A DNA stretch of 49,422 nt from an uncultured Collinsella sp. (GTDB lineage: Bacteria; Actinomycetota; Coriobacteriia; Coriobacteriales; Coriobacteriaceae): contig URIE01000001.1 of NCBI GenBank assembly GCA_900547805.1, positions 1 through 49,422 of the forward strand, read 5' to 3'. The translations under genes were made by a program, and so were the position numbers. The notes beneath the pieces were generated by a model. It worked only from the letters and a program-made list of their open reading frames with translations, did not search any database and was not told the DNA's origin. Shown in pieces: positions 29,776 through 42,248 of this stretch (positions are counted from its first letter, which is position 1; each line of letters opens with the position of its first letter).

Positions 29776-31263
29776 TCACTTGTACGCAATCGTCGCCTCG
29801 ACGGCATGGCGCCAGCCGGCGATCTTTTTGGCTCGCTCGTCGGCGGGCATCGACGGCTCCACGATGCCGCGGGCGCCGTAGACGTCGACGACATCGCGCG
29901 TATACATGCCCAGCGCGATACCGCAGGCCCAAGCCGCGCCCAGACCGCTCATCTCGTCGTTGCTCGCAATGCGGATGGGCGAGCCGACCAAATCGCTCTC
30001 AAACTGCATCAGGTACGCATCGCGCGTGGGGCCGCCGTCAACACGAAGCTCGGCAAGCGCCGCGCCCGAATCCTCGACCATCGCATCAATGACGTCAAAA
30101 ATCTGATAGGCGATCGACTCGTCGGCAGCCTTTACGAACTCCGCGCGGCCCGTGGTGCGTGTCATGCCAAAAACGCATCCCTCGGCATCACTTGCCCAGT
30201 GCGGCGCACCCAGGCCGGTAAACGCCGGCACAAAGTAAACATGGCTCGCCGGGTTGGCGGCGTAGCACAGGTCGGTGACCTCCTCGGGGTTGTTGATGAG
30301 CTCCAGGTCGTCGCGCAGCCAGGTCTTGACGGCGCCGGCGTAGCTCACGTTGCCCTCGAGTACATACTCGGTCACACCATCCATACGCCACGCAAGCGAG
30401 CTCGAAAGCCCGTGCGAGCTGGCGACAAACTCGTTGCCGACGTTCATCATGACCGAGCTGCCGGTGCCATAGGTCGCTTTGGCCATGCCGCGGCTGTGGC
30501 AACCCTGCGCAAACAGGGCCGCATGGCTGTCACCCAGCACGCCGTGCACCGGCACGGGCGCCGGCAAAAAGCCGCCCAGGTCCGTTGTGCCAAACAGACC
30601 GTCGGAGTCGGTCACCTGCGGCAGACAGGACGGATCGATGCCAAAGGCCTCGCACACCGGCTCGCTCCAGCAGCCACGGCGCAGGTCGAAGAGCTGCGTG
30701 CGGCTGGCATTGGACCAGTCACAGCGAAACTCCGCGCCGCCCGTGAGCGTCCAGACCACCCAGGCATCGATGGTGCCCAGACACAGCTCACCCGACGCCG
30801 CGGCCTCGGCAGCCGCCGGAACGTTCGCAAGGATCCAAGCCATCTTGCCCGCCGGATAGTAGGGCGAGAGCACCAGACCCGTTGTGTCACGCACCAGCTC
30901 TGCCACGCCTTCACGCGCCGCAAGCTCGTCACACAGCTCGCGGGCGCGGGCACACTGCCACACCACGGCGTCGCACAGCGGCTCGCCCGTCGTGCGGTTC
31001 CAGGCAACGGTGGTCTCGCGCTGGTTGGAGATGCCAATACCAGCAATGTCGGCCGGATTGACCCCGGTCTCCTCCACCACGGCACGCGCCACGGCCAACA
31101 CGTTGGCGGCGATCTCGACCGGATCATGGCTCACCCAGCCGGCATCATTGACAATCTGGCGATGCGAGCGGTCGGCACGATGAATCAGATGGCCGCCCTC
31201 GTCCACCAGCAGCGCCTTCGTGCCCTGCGTGGATTGATCGATTCCGATGATGTAGCGGCCCAT
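29776..31263 (-). CDS. FGGY-family kinase (glycerol-kinase-like; candidate apulose kinase)
   Basis: IDQSTQGTKA, SNQRETT, SNASRTQLF, KATYGTGS, RVDGG; in operon with split transketolase. Confidence 0.88.
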   Translation of the reverse strand: MGRYIIGIDQSTQGTKALLVDEGGHLIHRADRSHRQIVNDAGWVSHDPVEIAANVLAVARAVVEETGVNPADIAGIGISNQRETTVAWNRTTGEPLCDAVVWQCARARELCDELAAREGVAELVRDTTGLVLSPYYPAGKMAWILANVPAAAEAAASGELCLGTIDAWVVWTLTGGAEFRCDWSNASRTQLFDLRRGCWSEPVCEAFGIDPSCLPQVTDSDGLFGTTDLGGFLPAPVPVHGVLGDSHAALFAQGCHSRGMAKATYGTGSSVMMNVGNEFVASSHGLSSSLAWRMDGVTEYVLEGNVSYAGAVKTWLRDDLELINNPEEVTDLCYAANPASHVYFVPAFTGLGAPHWASDAEGCVFGMTRTTGRAEFVKAADESIAYQIFDVIDAMVEDSGAALAELRVDGGPTRDAYLMQFESDLVGSPIRIASNDEMSGLGAAWACGIALGMYTRDVVDVYGARGIVEPSMPADERAKKIAGWRHAVEATIAYK

Positions 31264-31281
31264 GGCCACCCCTTTCAAAAT

Positions 31282-31316
31282 GAATGTGACAAAGGGACTG
31301 TCCCTTTGTCACATTC
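31282..31316. repeat. Perfect intra-operon palindrome related to family A
   Basis: gaatgtgacaaagggac-t-gtccctttgtcacattc (17-bp arms). Confidence 0.8.
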
Positions 31317-31319
31317 CAA

Positions 31320-32261
31320 TTACTCTGCGGGAAGGAACTCGGCAACGGTCTTGGCGATTCCTTCGCCGGTGAGGCCGTAGTGCGCGAAGACCTCGGGCGA
31401 GGTGCCGGTGATGACCGGCGCGTCGGGCAGGCTCAGGCACTTAACCGGACGCGGGCAATGCTCGCCCACGACCTGCGCGACCATGGAACCCAGACCGCCG
31501 AAGGGGCTGTGCTCCTCGACCGTCACGACGGCGCGCGTGGCACCGGCGGCCTCAATCACGGCCTCGGCGTCGAGCGGCTTGACGCAGTACATGTCGAGCA
31601 CGGTGGCGGAGATGCCCTGCTCGGCGAGCAGATCAGCGGCGTCCACGGCATGGCGGACCATCTCGCCGGTGGCGACAATCGTCACATCGGTGCCGCGACG
31701 CACCCAGGTGGCGCGGTCCATCTGGAACGGGCACTCGTCCTCGGTGTACACGTCCTCGACCGGGTTGCGGCCCACGCGGATATAGGCCGGCTTGTTGTCG
31801 GCAACCAGTGCGCGCACGAGCTCGGCAGTCTGAAAACGATCGCTCGGCAGATACACGCGCATGTTGGGAATCGCGCTCATGGCAGCGATATCCTGCGCGG
31901 AGTGATGGCTCATGCCCAGAGCGCCGTAGGACACGCCGCCCGAAATGCCGATGAGCTTGACGTTGGTGTTGGAGTACGAGACGTCGACCTTGCACTGCTC
32001 ATACGAGCGCGTGGTCACAAAGGACGCCGGCGAGGCGGCCCAGGCCTTCTTGCCGCACGAAGCCATGCCGGCGGCGATACTCACCAGGTCCTGCTCGGCG
32101 ATGCCGACCTCGACGGACTGCTGGGGATACTGATCGAAGAACGGCGTGAGCGATGCGGAGCCGCGGGAGTCGGAGCACAGGACGACGATGTCCTTATCGG
32201 TTGCGGCGGCCTCGAGCAGCGTGTCGCAGATAACCTTGCGGTTGGCGATCTTGTTAGCCAT
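31320..32261 (-). CDS. Transketolase C-terminal subunit (candidate AptB)
   Basis: DSRGS, EVGIAEQ, GVSYGALGMSHHS and TVEEH; overlaps the N-subunit stop. Confidence 0.9.
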   Translation of the reverse strand: MANKIANRKVICDTLLEAAATDKDIVVLCSDSRGSASLTPFFDQYPQQSVEVGIAEQDLVSIAAGMASCGKKAWAASPASFVTTRSYEQCKVDVSYSNTNVKLIGISGGVSYGALGMSHHSAQDIAAMSAIPNMRVYLPSDRFQTAELVRALVADNKPAYIRVGRNPVEDVYTEDECPFQMDRATWVRRGTDVTIVATGEMVRHAVDAADLLAEQGISATVLDMYCVKPLDAEAVIEAAGATRAVVTVEEHSPFGGLGSMVAQVVGEHCPRPVKCLSLPDAPVITGTSPEVFAHYGLTGEGIAKTVAEFLPAE

Positions 32262-33090
32262 TGATGGCCTCCTTATGGGCAGCGAAATCGGCGATGATCT
32301 GGGCATATTCCTCATCGTTGGGCAGGTGGTGATGCCAGGCGGCTTTGTCCTCCATGACGGGCGAGCCATAGCCCTTCACCGTGTTGAGGATGATGACCGT
32401 GGGCTTTCCGCAGGTCTCGGCCGCAAGCGTCAGCGCGGCATCGATGGCCCGAACGTCGTTGCCCGGAATGGAGAGCACGTTCCAGCCGAAGGCAGCCCAG
32501 CGCTCCTCCTGCGAATCCTGCTTCATGACGTCCTCGGTGCTGCCGCTGATCTGCAGGCGGTTGCGGTCCACGAGCGCGCACAGGTTATCGAGCTGGTAGT
32601 TGCCACCGCTCATGGCGCCTTCCCAGACCGAGCCCTCGGCAAGCTCGCCGTCGCCCATGATGGTGTAGACGCGGTAGTCGCGGCCGTCCATCTTGCCGGC
32701 AAGCGCCATGCCGACGGCCACGGGCAGGCCATGGCCCAGCGAACCGGAGTTCATCTCGATGCCCTTGAGCTTATTGTTGGGGTGGCCGATGTAGGGGCTG
32801 CCGAACTTGGAGAAACGGGCCTTGACGTCGTCGAGGTCCAGATAGCCCTCGTGGCACAGCACCGCGTAGTAGGCCTCCATGGCGTGGCCCTTGGAGAGCA
32901 CGAAGCGGTCGCGGTTGGGATCGTCGACGGTCTCGGGCGAAATGTTAAGGTGGTTGGCATAGAGGGTCATGAGGGCGTCGATCACCGACATGTCGCCGCC
33001 AATATGGCCGCCGGCGCCAGCCATGATGATATCGACGCAATCACGGCGAAGGTCCCAGCGCAGGGACTCAAGCTCTTCGATAGTTGCCAT
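32254..33090 (-). CDS. Transketolase N-terminal subunit (candidate AptA)
   Basis: GHIGGDMS, RDRFVLSKGH, GSLGHG, TPP motif GDGELAEG...DRN, WHH. Confidence 0.92.
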   Translation of the reverse strand: MATIEELESLRWDLRRDCVDIIMAGAGGHIGGDMSVIDALMTLYANHLNISPETVDDPNRDRFVLSKGHAMEAYYAVLCHEGYLDLDDVKARFSKFGSPYIGHPNNKLKGIEMNSGSLGHGLPVAVGMALAGKMDGRDYRVYTIMGDGELAEGSVWEGAMSGGNYQLDNLCALVDRNRLQISGSTEDVMKQDSQEERWAAFGWNVLSIPGNDVRAIDAALTLAAETCGKPTVIILNTVKGYGSPVMEDKAAWHHHLPNDEEYAQIIADFAAHKEAING

Positions 33091-33092
33091 TT

Positions 33093-34493
33093 CTACTCTC
33101 CTCGCAGGTAGGCTTTGACGTCTTCTTCAATGGGGTCGTACAGGTCGGGCTGGATGCCGATGTACTTGCACGCCTCGTAGAGCACCGGCACCACGTTGGC
33201 GTGAATGGCCACGCAGTGGTGAATGTAGGGGCCCTCGACGATCTTGGCCTCGAGGCGCTTGAGGTTTTCGACCTCCACCCACAGGTAGGTGCCCATGCCG
33301 GCCGGGCCGTCGATGCCGCGGGCGTTGCCCAGCAGCAGCGAATACTCGCCGTTGTCGCCGTCAAAGCGGGCAAGGGTGAGATCGCCGTGTTTGGCCTCGG
33401 CCGTCAGCGCGCCGGGGTGGTCGAAAGCCAGCGGGTAGGTGAGCTTGGGCTTGACGGCCGCGCAGCTGCAGGGCCAGGGGCCGCAGTGCTGCAGCAGCTC
33501 GCCGTTCTCGTTATCGGGATGGCGCACGGTCCAGTCGGCGAACATGCCGCGGTGACGGCCCAGGTCGGCGGCCTCGACCATCAGCGCAGTGATGGCGCCG
33601 TGGATATCGGTCTCGCATACGACGGGAATGCCCATCTCGTTGAGGATGGCGTTGGCGGCGCAGGGCATAATGCCCAGCTCGTCCTGCAGGGCGTTCCAGC
33701 ACTGGATGGCGCCGGCGTTGCAGCCGTACTTCTCGACCAGGCGCTTCATAGCGATGGCGAGCCCTGCGACCGCGGGGACCTTGTCCTCGGGTATGCAGAT
33801 CTCAAAGCTGTGGCGAATGTGGTCGAGCATGGCGGCCATGGCCTGCTCGTCGGCCTGAGCGTCGCGCACAGCCTGAACAAGTTCGGTCATGGGAATGGGC
33901 GAAAGCTGAATATTGAACTTCTCGAGCAGCTCGCCCTCGTTGCACATGGTGGACCAGAAGTCGAACGGACGGGTCGCCATCTGCAGGATGCGCGTGTGCT
34001 TGAAGGTCTTGACCACGTTGCACACGGCCAAAAAGTCCCAGACGCCGCGCTCGAACTCGGGATCGGTCAGGCGGCAGTTGGTCATATAGGTAAAGGGAAC
34101 CTGGAAGCGGCGCAGAACCTTGCCGGTGGCGAACAGGCCGCACTGGCTATCGCGCAGGCGGGTGCCGTCGGGCTCGGGACGCTCGTCGCGCGGGCCCCAC
34201 AGCAGCACAGGCAGACCGAGCTCGCGGGCAAGACGGGCGCAAACGTACTCGGTACCAAAGTTGGCGTGGCACAGCATGATGCCGTCGACGCCCTCGGCGC
34301 GGAACTTCTTGACGATGGGCTCGATATGGCTGTCGTCAAACAGCAGGCCCTCGTCGTTAATGTCGTCGATGTCCACGATGTCAACACCGATCTCGCGCAG
34401 GCGATCAGCCGTCAGACCGCGATACTTAAGCGCGTCCGGCGCGCTAAAGATGCTGCGGCGCGTGGGCACAAAACCGAGCTTGATCTTATCCAT
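33093..34493 (-). CDS. L-fucose/L-arabinose isomerase family protein (candidate apiose isomerase)
   Basis: NFGTE, RDSQCG, AIQCW, CETDIHG, HCG and YIHH motifs. Confidence 0.85.
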   Translation of the reverse strand: MDKIKLGFVPTRRSIFSAPDALKYRGLTADRLREIGVDIVDIDDINDEGLLFDDSHIEPIVKKFRAEGVDGIMLCHANFGTEYVCARLARELGLPVLLWGPRDERPEPDGTRLRDSQCGLFATGKVLRRFQVPFTYMTNCRLTDPEFERGVWDFLAVCNVVKTFKHTRILQMATRPFDFWSTMCNEGELLEKFNIQLSPIPMTELVQAVRDAQADEQAMAAMLDHIRHSFEICIPEDKVPAVAGLAIAMKRLVEKYGCNAGAIQCWNALQDELGIMPCAANAILNEMGIPVVCETDIHGAITALMVEAADLGRHRGMFADWTVRHPDNENGELLQHCGPWPCSCAAVKPKLTYPLAFDHPGALTAEAKHGDLTLARFDGDNGEYSLLLGNARGIDGPAGMGTYLWVEVENLKRLEAKIVEGPYIHHCVAIHANVVPVLYEACKYIGIQPDLYDPIEEDVKAYLRGE

Positions 34494-34511
34494 GTACGTC
34501 CTCCCCTAGTT

Positions 34512-34568
34512 ACATGTTCAGTAAACAGACGCATGTTTCGTTTTGTTCTGTTTACTAAATGTTTTACT
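34512..34568. promoter_or_regulatory. Putative LacI operators upstream of the isomerase operon
   Basis: acatgttcagtaaac and gtttactaaatgttttact resemble 11247-11264. Confidence 0.55.
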
Positions 34569-34659
34569 CTACTGTTTAGAAGTTTAACGCGAAATACCCG
34601 TAGACGGTAGAGAAATCAGCCTAAACGGTATGTAAACAAACTGAACATACAAGGGCATC

Positions 34660-34685
34660 AAAAAGAGGGCCCAAAGGACCCTCTC
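34660..34685 (-). terminator. Terminator after LacI gene
   Basis: agaggg...ccctct stem with a T-run on the minus strand. Confidence 0.6.
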
Positions 34686-34750
34686 TTAGTAGCGTTATGT
34701 ATGGCTGCCTTAGCGAGCTTTGCCTCCCTACGGCCCAGCGTTGCCTTTGC

Positions 34751-35761
34751 CTAGATCTCACGCACGCTTTGGCGCTCGACAAAATAGGTCGACACGGCCG
34801 TCTTGCAGGTATAGCTCTTGGGATTGCGGATGTTGCCCACCAGGCGGCGCACCGCGATCTCGCCCACCTCGTGCTTGGGAACGTGCACCGTGGTGAGCGG
34901 CGGATTGGAGAAGGCGCCCAAAGACAGATCGTCAAAGCCGATGATTGAGACATCCTCGGGGACACGTATGCCGTGCTCGTTCAGCGCGCGCATGGCGCCT
35001 ACGGCGAGCACGTCGTTTTCGGCAAAGAAAGCCGTCGGCAGGTCGTCGCGCGAGACGCTGTCGAGCCATGCGCCCATGTCGCGATAAGCACCTTCGAGCG
35101 TGGTGCCCAGTGTGACGCGCCATGTCGGGTTGGCCTCAAGGTCCGCATCCTCAAGCGCTTGGCGATAGCCGCGCTCGCGATCCTTAAAGTTGCGGATGCG
35201 AAGGTCGCCTGCCAGATAGCCGATTTGCTTGTGACCCTTCTCGATAAGGTAGTCCACGGCGCGCAGCACCGAGTCGGTGTTGGCAATGACTACGGCATCG
35301 AAGTACTGACGATCGCTCCAGCCATCGAGCACGATCAAGTGGGCGGCAGCGTTGGCGAACAAGGCATAGTCTTCCTCACCCAGCTCGGTACCCATCAGCA
35401 CGATAGCGGCGGATGGATCGGCGATCAGGCCCTCGACCTGCGGACGCACGGCGTCCAAGTCGCTAAAGTCGAGCGAGACAAAGCTCGTGCTCATACCGTG
35501 ACGGCGCGCCTGGCGCTCCACGCCCTCAATGACCGCAGGATGGAAGGTGCTCTCGTCCAGAATGGCGCCCGTCTTGCGCGCGAGCACGAACTGAATGCTC
35601 TCGAGCTGCGTCGACTGCTGATAGCCCAGCGACTGTGCGCACTCCAGGATGACCTTGGCGGTCTCCTCACTCACGCTGCGCTTGCGGTTGAGCGCGTTGG
35701 ACACGGTCGCAGGCGAAAAACCGGTGATGCGGCTGATCTCGCGAACACTTGCTTTGGCCAT
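34751..35761 (-). CDS. LacI-family transcriptional regulator
   Basis: HTH SVREIS..GFSPATVSNALN; C-terminal VPEDVSIIGFDD...PPLTTV. Confidence 0.93.
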   Translation of the reverse strand: MAKASVREISRITGFSPATVSNALNRKRSVSEETAKVILECAQSLGYQQSTQLESIQFVLARKTGAILDESTFHPAVIEGVERQARRHGMSTSFVSLDFSDLDAVRPQVEGLIADPSAAIVLMGTELGEEDYALFANAAAHLIVLDGWSDRQYFDAVVIANTDSVLRAVDYLIEKGHKQIGYLAGDLRIRNFKDRERGYRQALEDADLEANPTWRVTLGTTLEGAYRDMGAWLDSVSRDDLPTAFFAENDVLAVGAMRALNEHGIRVPEDVSIIGFDDLSLGAFSNPPLTTVHVPKHEVGEIAVRRLVGNIRNPKSYTCKTAVSTYFVERQSVREI

Positions 35762-35935
35762 TGTTCCCCCTAGCAACGGCCGTGGCGGAGCATCGCAACT
35801 CGATAGCTCGGCAAATAAACGACCGCAAATTCAATCTAAACAGAGTAGTAAATGTTTATTAGCTAGTTTAGCCTGTTGTCAAGCGAAGTGGCACGACTAT
35901 TCCCCCAACGGGCGCATTTGTCCATCTTAACGTTA

Positions 35936-38952
<3,017 letters not shown>

Positions 38953-38995
38953 TGGCTCCTTTGCACAATCTTGGCTTACTGTTCGAATCGGCAAA

Positions 38996-39028
38996 GGTCA
39001 TGCCCCGAATGGCTACGGGTTACAATCC
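38996..39028 (-). promoter_or_regulatory. RAT-like element overlapping the antiterminator stop codon
   Basis: GGATTGTAACCCG...CGGGGCATGACC matches the BglG/LicT RAT pattern GGATTGTTAC...GCA..ACC. Confidence 0.7.
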
Positions 39029-39859
39029 TTTTTTGGAGATGATCCGGTTGAGATGGATCATCAGATAGAGTTCCTCCTCCTCGGAGAGCGTGGCGTCCCA
39101 CGTTTCACGACAATAGGAACCGATATGCTTCACGCACTCTGCCAACTGCGGAAACTCCTCACGAAAGTTCTTGTACATCTGCATGTTGGCGCTGTTCAGC
39201 GACTCGCCGGCTTGAATGCGCTTGAACAGGTACCGCAGATGCGTGGCGAAGCGGGTGAAATCAAAGGAATCGCGGTCGACAATAATGCGGAAATCGCTTT
39301 CGAGAATCTCGATAACGTCCTCGAGCATATCGTCGAACTGCTTTGCGGGCTCGGCCGTGGCTTTGACGGCTTCAACAACCCGTGCGTTCACGAGATTCAT
39401 CGCAATACTGGCAATCTCATCCTTGGGAAGCCGCTCTCCGAGCTCCTTCTCGAGTCGCATGACGATAAACTGGGCAGCCTTGTATTCCTTCGGATACGTC
39501 TCCCGCACTTCATAGGCAAGAGGCATCGCGATGCGGACCCCCTTTTGGGCTCGCGCAACGGCAAACGACAGGTGATCAGCCATGAACAGCGTCGCATTGG
39601 TCGAGAGGTCGTAGGGCAGTTCGTTGGCAACGATGTCCATAACTTTCGCCGCAAACATCACGATATCCGAGGGAAGATCCCTCATGACATCTTGTCCTTT
39701 AGGATCAATGTCGTAAAACGTATGCTCGATTTTAGAAAGAGGGAGCTCTCGAGGAAAATCTCCGCCGAAACCGACGCCCCTGCCCATGGCGATGACATCT
39801 CGCCCCTGTCCGTCACGGCAAAGAACCGCGTTGTTGTTAAGCTTTTTAATTGCAAGCAT
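39020..39859 (-). CDS. BglG/LicT-family PRD antiterminator
   Basis: CAT domain IKKLNNNAV...MGRGVGF; PRD histidines (ADHL, ATHL, MIHL); AAGGAGG RBS. Confidence 0.92.
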   Translation of the reverse strand: MLAIKKLNNNAVLCRDGQGRDVIAMGRGVGFGGDFPRELPLSKIEHTFYDIDPKGQDVMRDLPSDIVMFAAKVMDIVANELPYDLSTNATLFMADHLSFAVARAQKGVRIAMPLAYEVRETYPKEYKAAQFIVMRLEKELGERLPKDEIASIAMNLVNARVVEAVKATAEPAKQFDDMLEDVIEILESDFRIIVDRDSFDFTRFATHLRYLFKRIQAGESLNSANMQMYKNFREEFPQLAECVKHIGSYCRETWDATLSEEEELYLMIHLNRIISKKGL

Positions 39860-39888
39860 GGTGAACCTCCTTTCAAGAACACTCACAG

Positions 39889-39991
39889 AAAAAGGCATGA
39901 TAGCCAATAGCAGTGCTATTGCGGTCATGTCTTACGTAACAATCCGTGTTGTATTGCTCTTGGGCATGCCTCCACACAGGAGTAACAATCC
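39889..39991 (-). promoter_or_regulatory. Leader with two RAT elements and a terminator
   Basis: RAT1 at 39962-39991 and RAT2 at 39923-39945; RAT2 overlaps a catga..caatag/ctattg..tcatg stem with T-run; TATAAT at 40006-40011. Confidence 0.8.
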
Positions 39992-40108
39992 AAGATGCAG
40001 AATGCATTATAGCGCTCTCCCCGCCCCGGGGACCATCGGGCTGGCGAACGGTAGATGTCGGCCCGCCAGCGGCCACATCGAGCAGATGGGCGTGCTTCGA
40101 TCCCGAGC

Positions 40109-41083
40109 CTAGCCTAGGATGCGGGCCATGCGCGCCTTGAACTCGGACAGAAAGCGCGGGGCGTCCACGGTGAGTGCCACAAGCGCGCTCTTGTCGGGGT
40201 CGGACAGGCGATGCTCGTCGCAGATAGTGCGGCCGCGATACTCGCCGAGCAGGTCGACGCGCAAGTTGCAACCAAGTGCACCCACGAGCGTGGGATCAAT
40301 CGCCACGGCAACGGCTAGCGGATCGTGCAGCGCACAGCCGCCAAGATAAGGCGCGTTCATCTCGTATGAGCCAATGTAGTGCTCGACCATGCCTGCAAAC
40401 GCGCAGCCCGCCATGGTGCCCGAACCCGTCCAGCCGGCGATATCGCGGCGCGTCAGCACCACACGGTGCGTCACATCCAACCCCACCATGGTGAGCTTGC
40501 GGCCCGAGCGCAGCACGGCATCGGCGGCCTCGGGGTCGCTTGCCATGTTGGCCTCGGCGCCCGCGCTCACGTTGCCGGGCACGGTAAGGGCGCCGCCCAT
40601 CACAACCACGCGGCCGATAGACATCATCGCCGCCGCATCGCGCTCAAGAGCAAGCGCCAAGTTTGAGAGCGGGCCGGTCGCCACGTAGACCAAATCGGGG
40701 CCATAGGTGCGTGCGGCATCGATCAGATAATCGACCGCCGCATTGCCATCGGCCGACGTCGCCCCAACCGGCTCATACGGCGATGCAGGCACGCTCGCGC
40801 CGCCAATGCCGTTTTTGCCATGGATAAGCGTGGTGGACGCCGGCGGCGTATAGGGCTCGTTCGCCTTAATGGGACGATCGGCGCCCAGGTACACCGGCAC
40901 CTCGGGTCGGCCCAGCAGGTCGAGTACCGCCAGGCAGTTATGCGCCGACTGCTCGACGCGCACGTTGCCAAAGCACGTGGTAATGCCCACGAGCTCCACC
41001 TCGGGGCTCGCGATGGCATAGGCGAGCGCCATCGCATCGTCTACGCCCATATCCAGATCAAGGATCAGCTTCTTGGTTGCCAT
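40109..41083 (-). CDS. Inosine/uridine-preferring nucleoside hydrolase family
   Basis: DLDMGVDDA, GN, HGKNG, TGPLSN, AEAN, LHDP. Confidence 0.92.
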   Translation of the reverse strand: MATKKLILDLDMGVDDAMALAYAIASPEVELVGITTCFGNVRVEQSAHNCLAVLDLLGRPEVPVYLGADRPIKANEPYTPPASTTLIHGKNGIGGASVPASPYEPVGATSADGNAAVDYLIDAARTYGPDLVYVATGPLSNLALALERDAAAMMSIGRVVVMGGALTVPGNVSAGAEANMASDPEAADAVLRSGRKLTMVGLDVTHRVVLTRRDIAGWTGSGTMAGCAFAGMVEHYIGSYEMNAPYLGGCALHDPLAVAVAIDPTLVGALGCNLRVDLLGEYRGRTICDEHRLSDPDKSALVALTVDAPRFLSEFKARMARILG

Positions 41084-41087
41084 TGTT

Positions 41088-42077
41088 CTACTCCGCTTCT
41101 CCGTCTAAACCGTCTAAACCAAACTTACGCTCAACTTCGGCGCGCGTGGGAATCGATTGCTGAGCACCCAGGCGCGATACCGTCACTGCCGAGGCGCGAG
41201 CGCCTGCGACCATGCACTCAAAAAGGGGCAAGCCCTGCAGCCGAGCCGCCGCAAGTGCGCCGATAAACGTATCGCCGGCGGCCGTCGTGTCGACCACCTC
41301 GCTAGAGAGCGCCGGCATGCGTAGCAGCCCTCCATCATCGCCGAGCGTAACCGATCCGGATCCGCCCAGTGTGATAACCGCGGCACCGACACCCTTAGCG
41401 AGCAAGGCCTTAAGCGCGGCCACGCAGCTCGCGTCACCCGTGGGCAAGATGCCCGTCAGCACCTGGCACTCGGTCTCGTTGGGACAAACCAAGTCGACCG
41501 CAGGCCACGCTCCCGCCGGCAGGTCGCAGGCGGGCGCCGGATTAAAGACCGTATAGAACCCCAACCCGTGGGCGCAAGAGAGCGCCGCAGCCGTTGCCAT
41601 CAGGTCGCATTCGCCCTGGGCGATAAAGACGCCGCCGGCAGCCGGGGCGAGGTCGCAGATATCGGCGTCAAGCTCGTCAGCCACCAGATAGCGCAGCGCG
41701 CAGGCCACGTCCTCGCCCGAAAGCGCATGGTTGGCGCCCGGCGACAACACGATGCGGTTGTCGTTCTCGCAGCGAATGATAGTCGCGGTGCCAGTCTCCA
41801 CGTCGTCGCGACGCGCCACAAACTCAACGCCCACGCCGGCATCTTGGAGTCCCGCCACCAGTGCATCGCCAAATGCATCGCGCCCGACGGCGCCGATCAT
41901 GCACGTGCGCGCACCCATGCGCGCGGCGGCCACAGCCTGGTTGGCACCCTTGCCGCCGGCGTTGGTGATAAAACCGCTACCGCCGACGGTCTCGCCCGCA
42001 CGCGGCATGCGCTCACACGCCACCGAAAGGTCCATGTTCATGCTGCCGAACACCGCAACGATGCCGCGATCTGCCAT
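41088..42077 (-). CDS. rbsK: Ribokinase (PfkB family)
   Basis: GSMNMD, GGKGANQAVA, NPAP, NETE, DTTAAGDTF. Confidence 0.9.
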   Translation of the reverse strand: MADRGIVAVFGSMNMDLSVACERMPRAGETVGGSGFITNAGGKGANQAVAAARMGARTCMIGAVGRDAFGDALVAGLQDAGVGVEFVARRDDVETGTATIIRCENDNRIVLSPGANHALSGEDVACALRYLVADELDADICDLAPAAGGVFIAQGECDLMATAAALSCAHGLGFYTVFNPAPACDLPAGAWPAVDLVCPNETECQVLTGILPTGDASCVAALKALLAKGVGAAVITLGGSGSVTLGDDGGLLRMPALSSEVVDTTAAGDTFIGALAAARLQGLPLFECMVAGARASAVTVSRLGAQQSIPTRAEVERKFGLDGLDGEAE

Positions 42078-42248
42078 GGAAACCTCCTCATCTGCGGGCT
42101 TTATGCCCACCGTCGGCCGTCAATCGTATGCTTTCGCACTCTATAACTTTAGTTCACTTTGATGTGAACGCGCGCTTGAGGTTGCGCCAGCAGCAAGCAT
42201 TCACAGGAGCGGGCAGTTACAATGAATACGTGCTGATTTTTCTCGTCA

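Noticed and set aside
29776..31263. Calling the kinase glpK
   Set aside because: The DQSTQGTK signature and the isomerase/transketolase context argue for a different FGGY substrate. No glpF or glpD is nearby.
33093..34493. Calling the isomerase fucI or araA
   Set aside because: It is shorter than true FucI, and no fuculose-phosphate aldolase or araD accompanies it.
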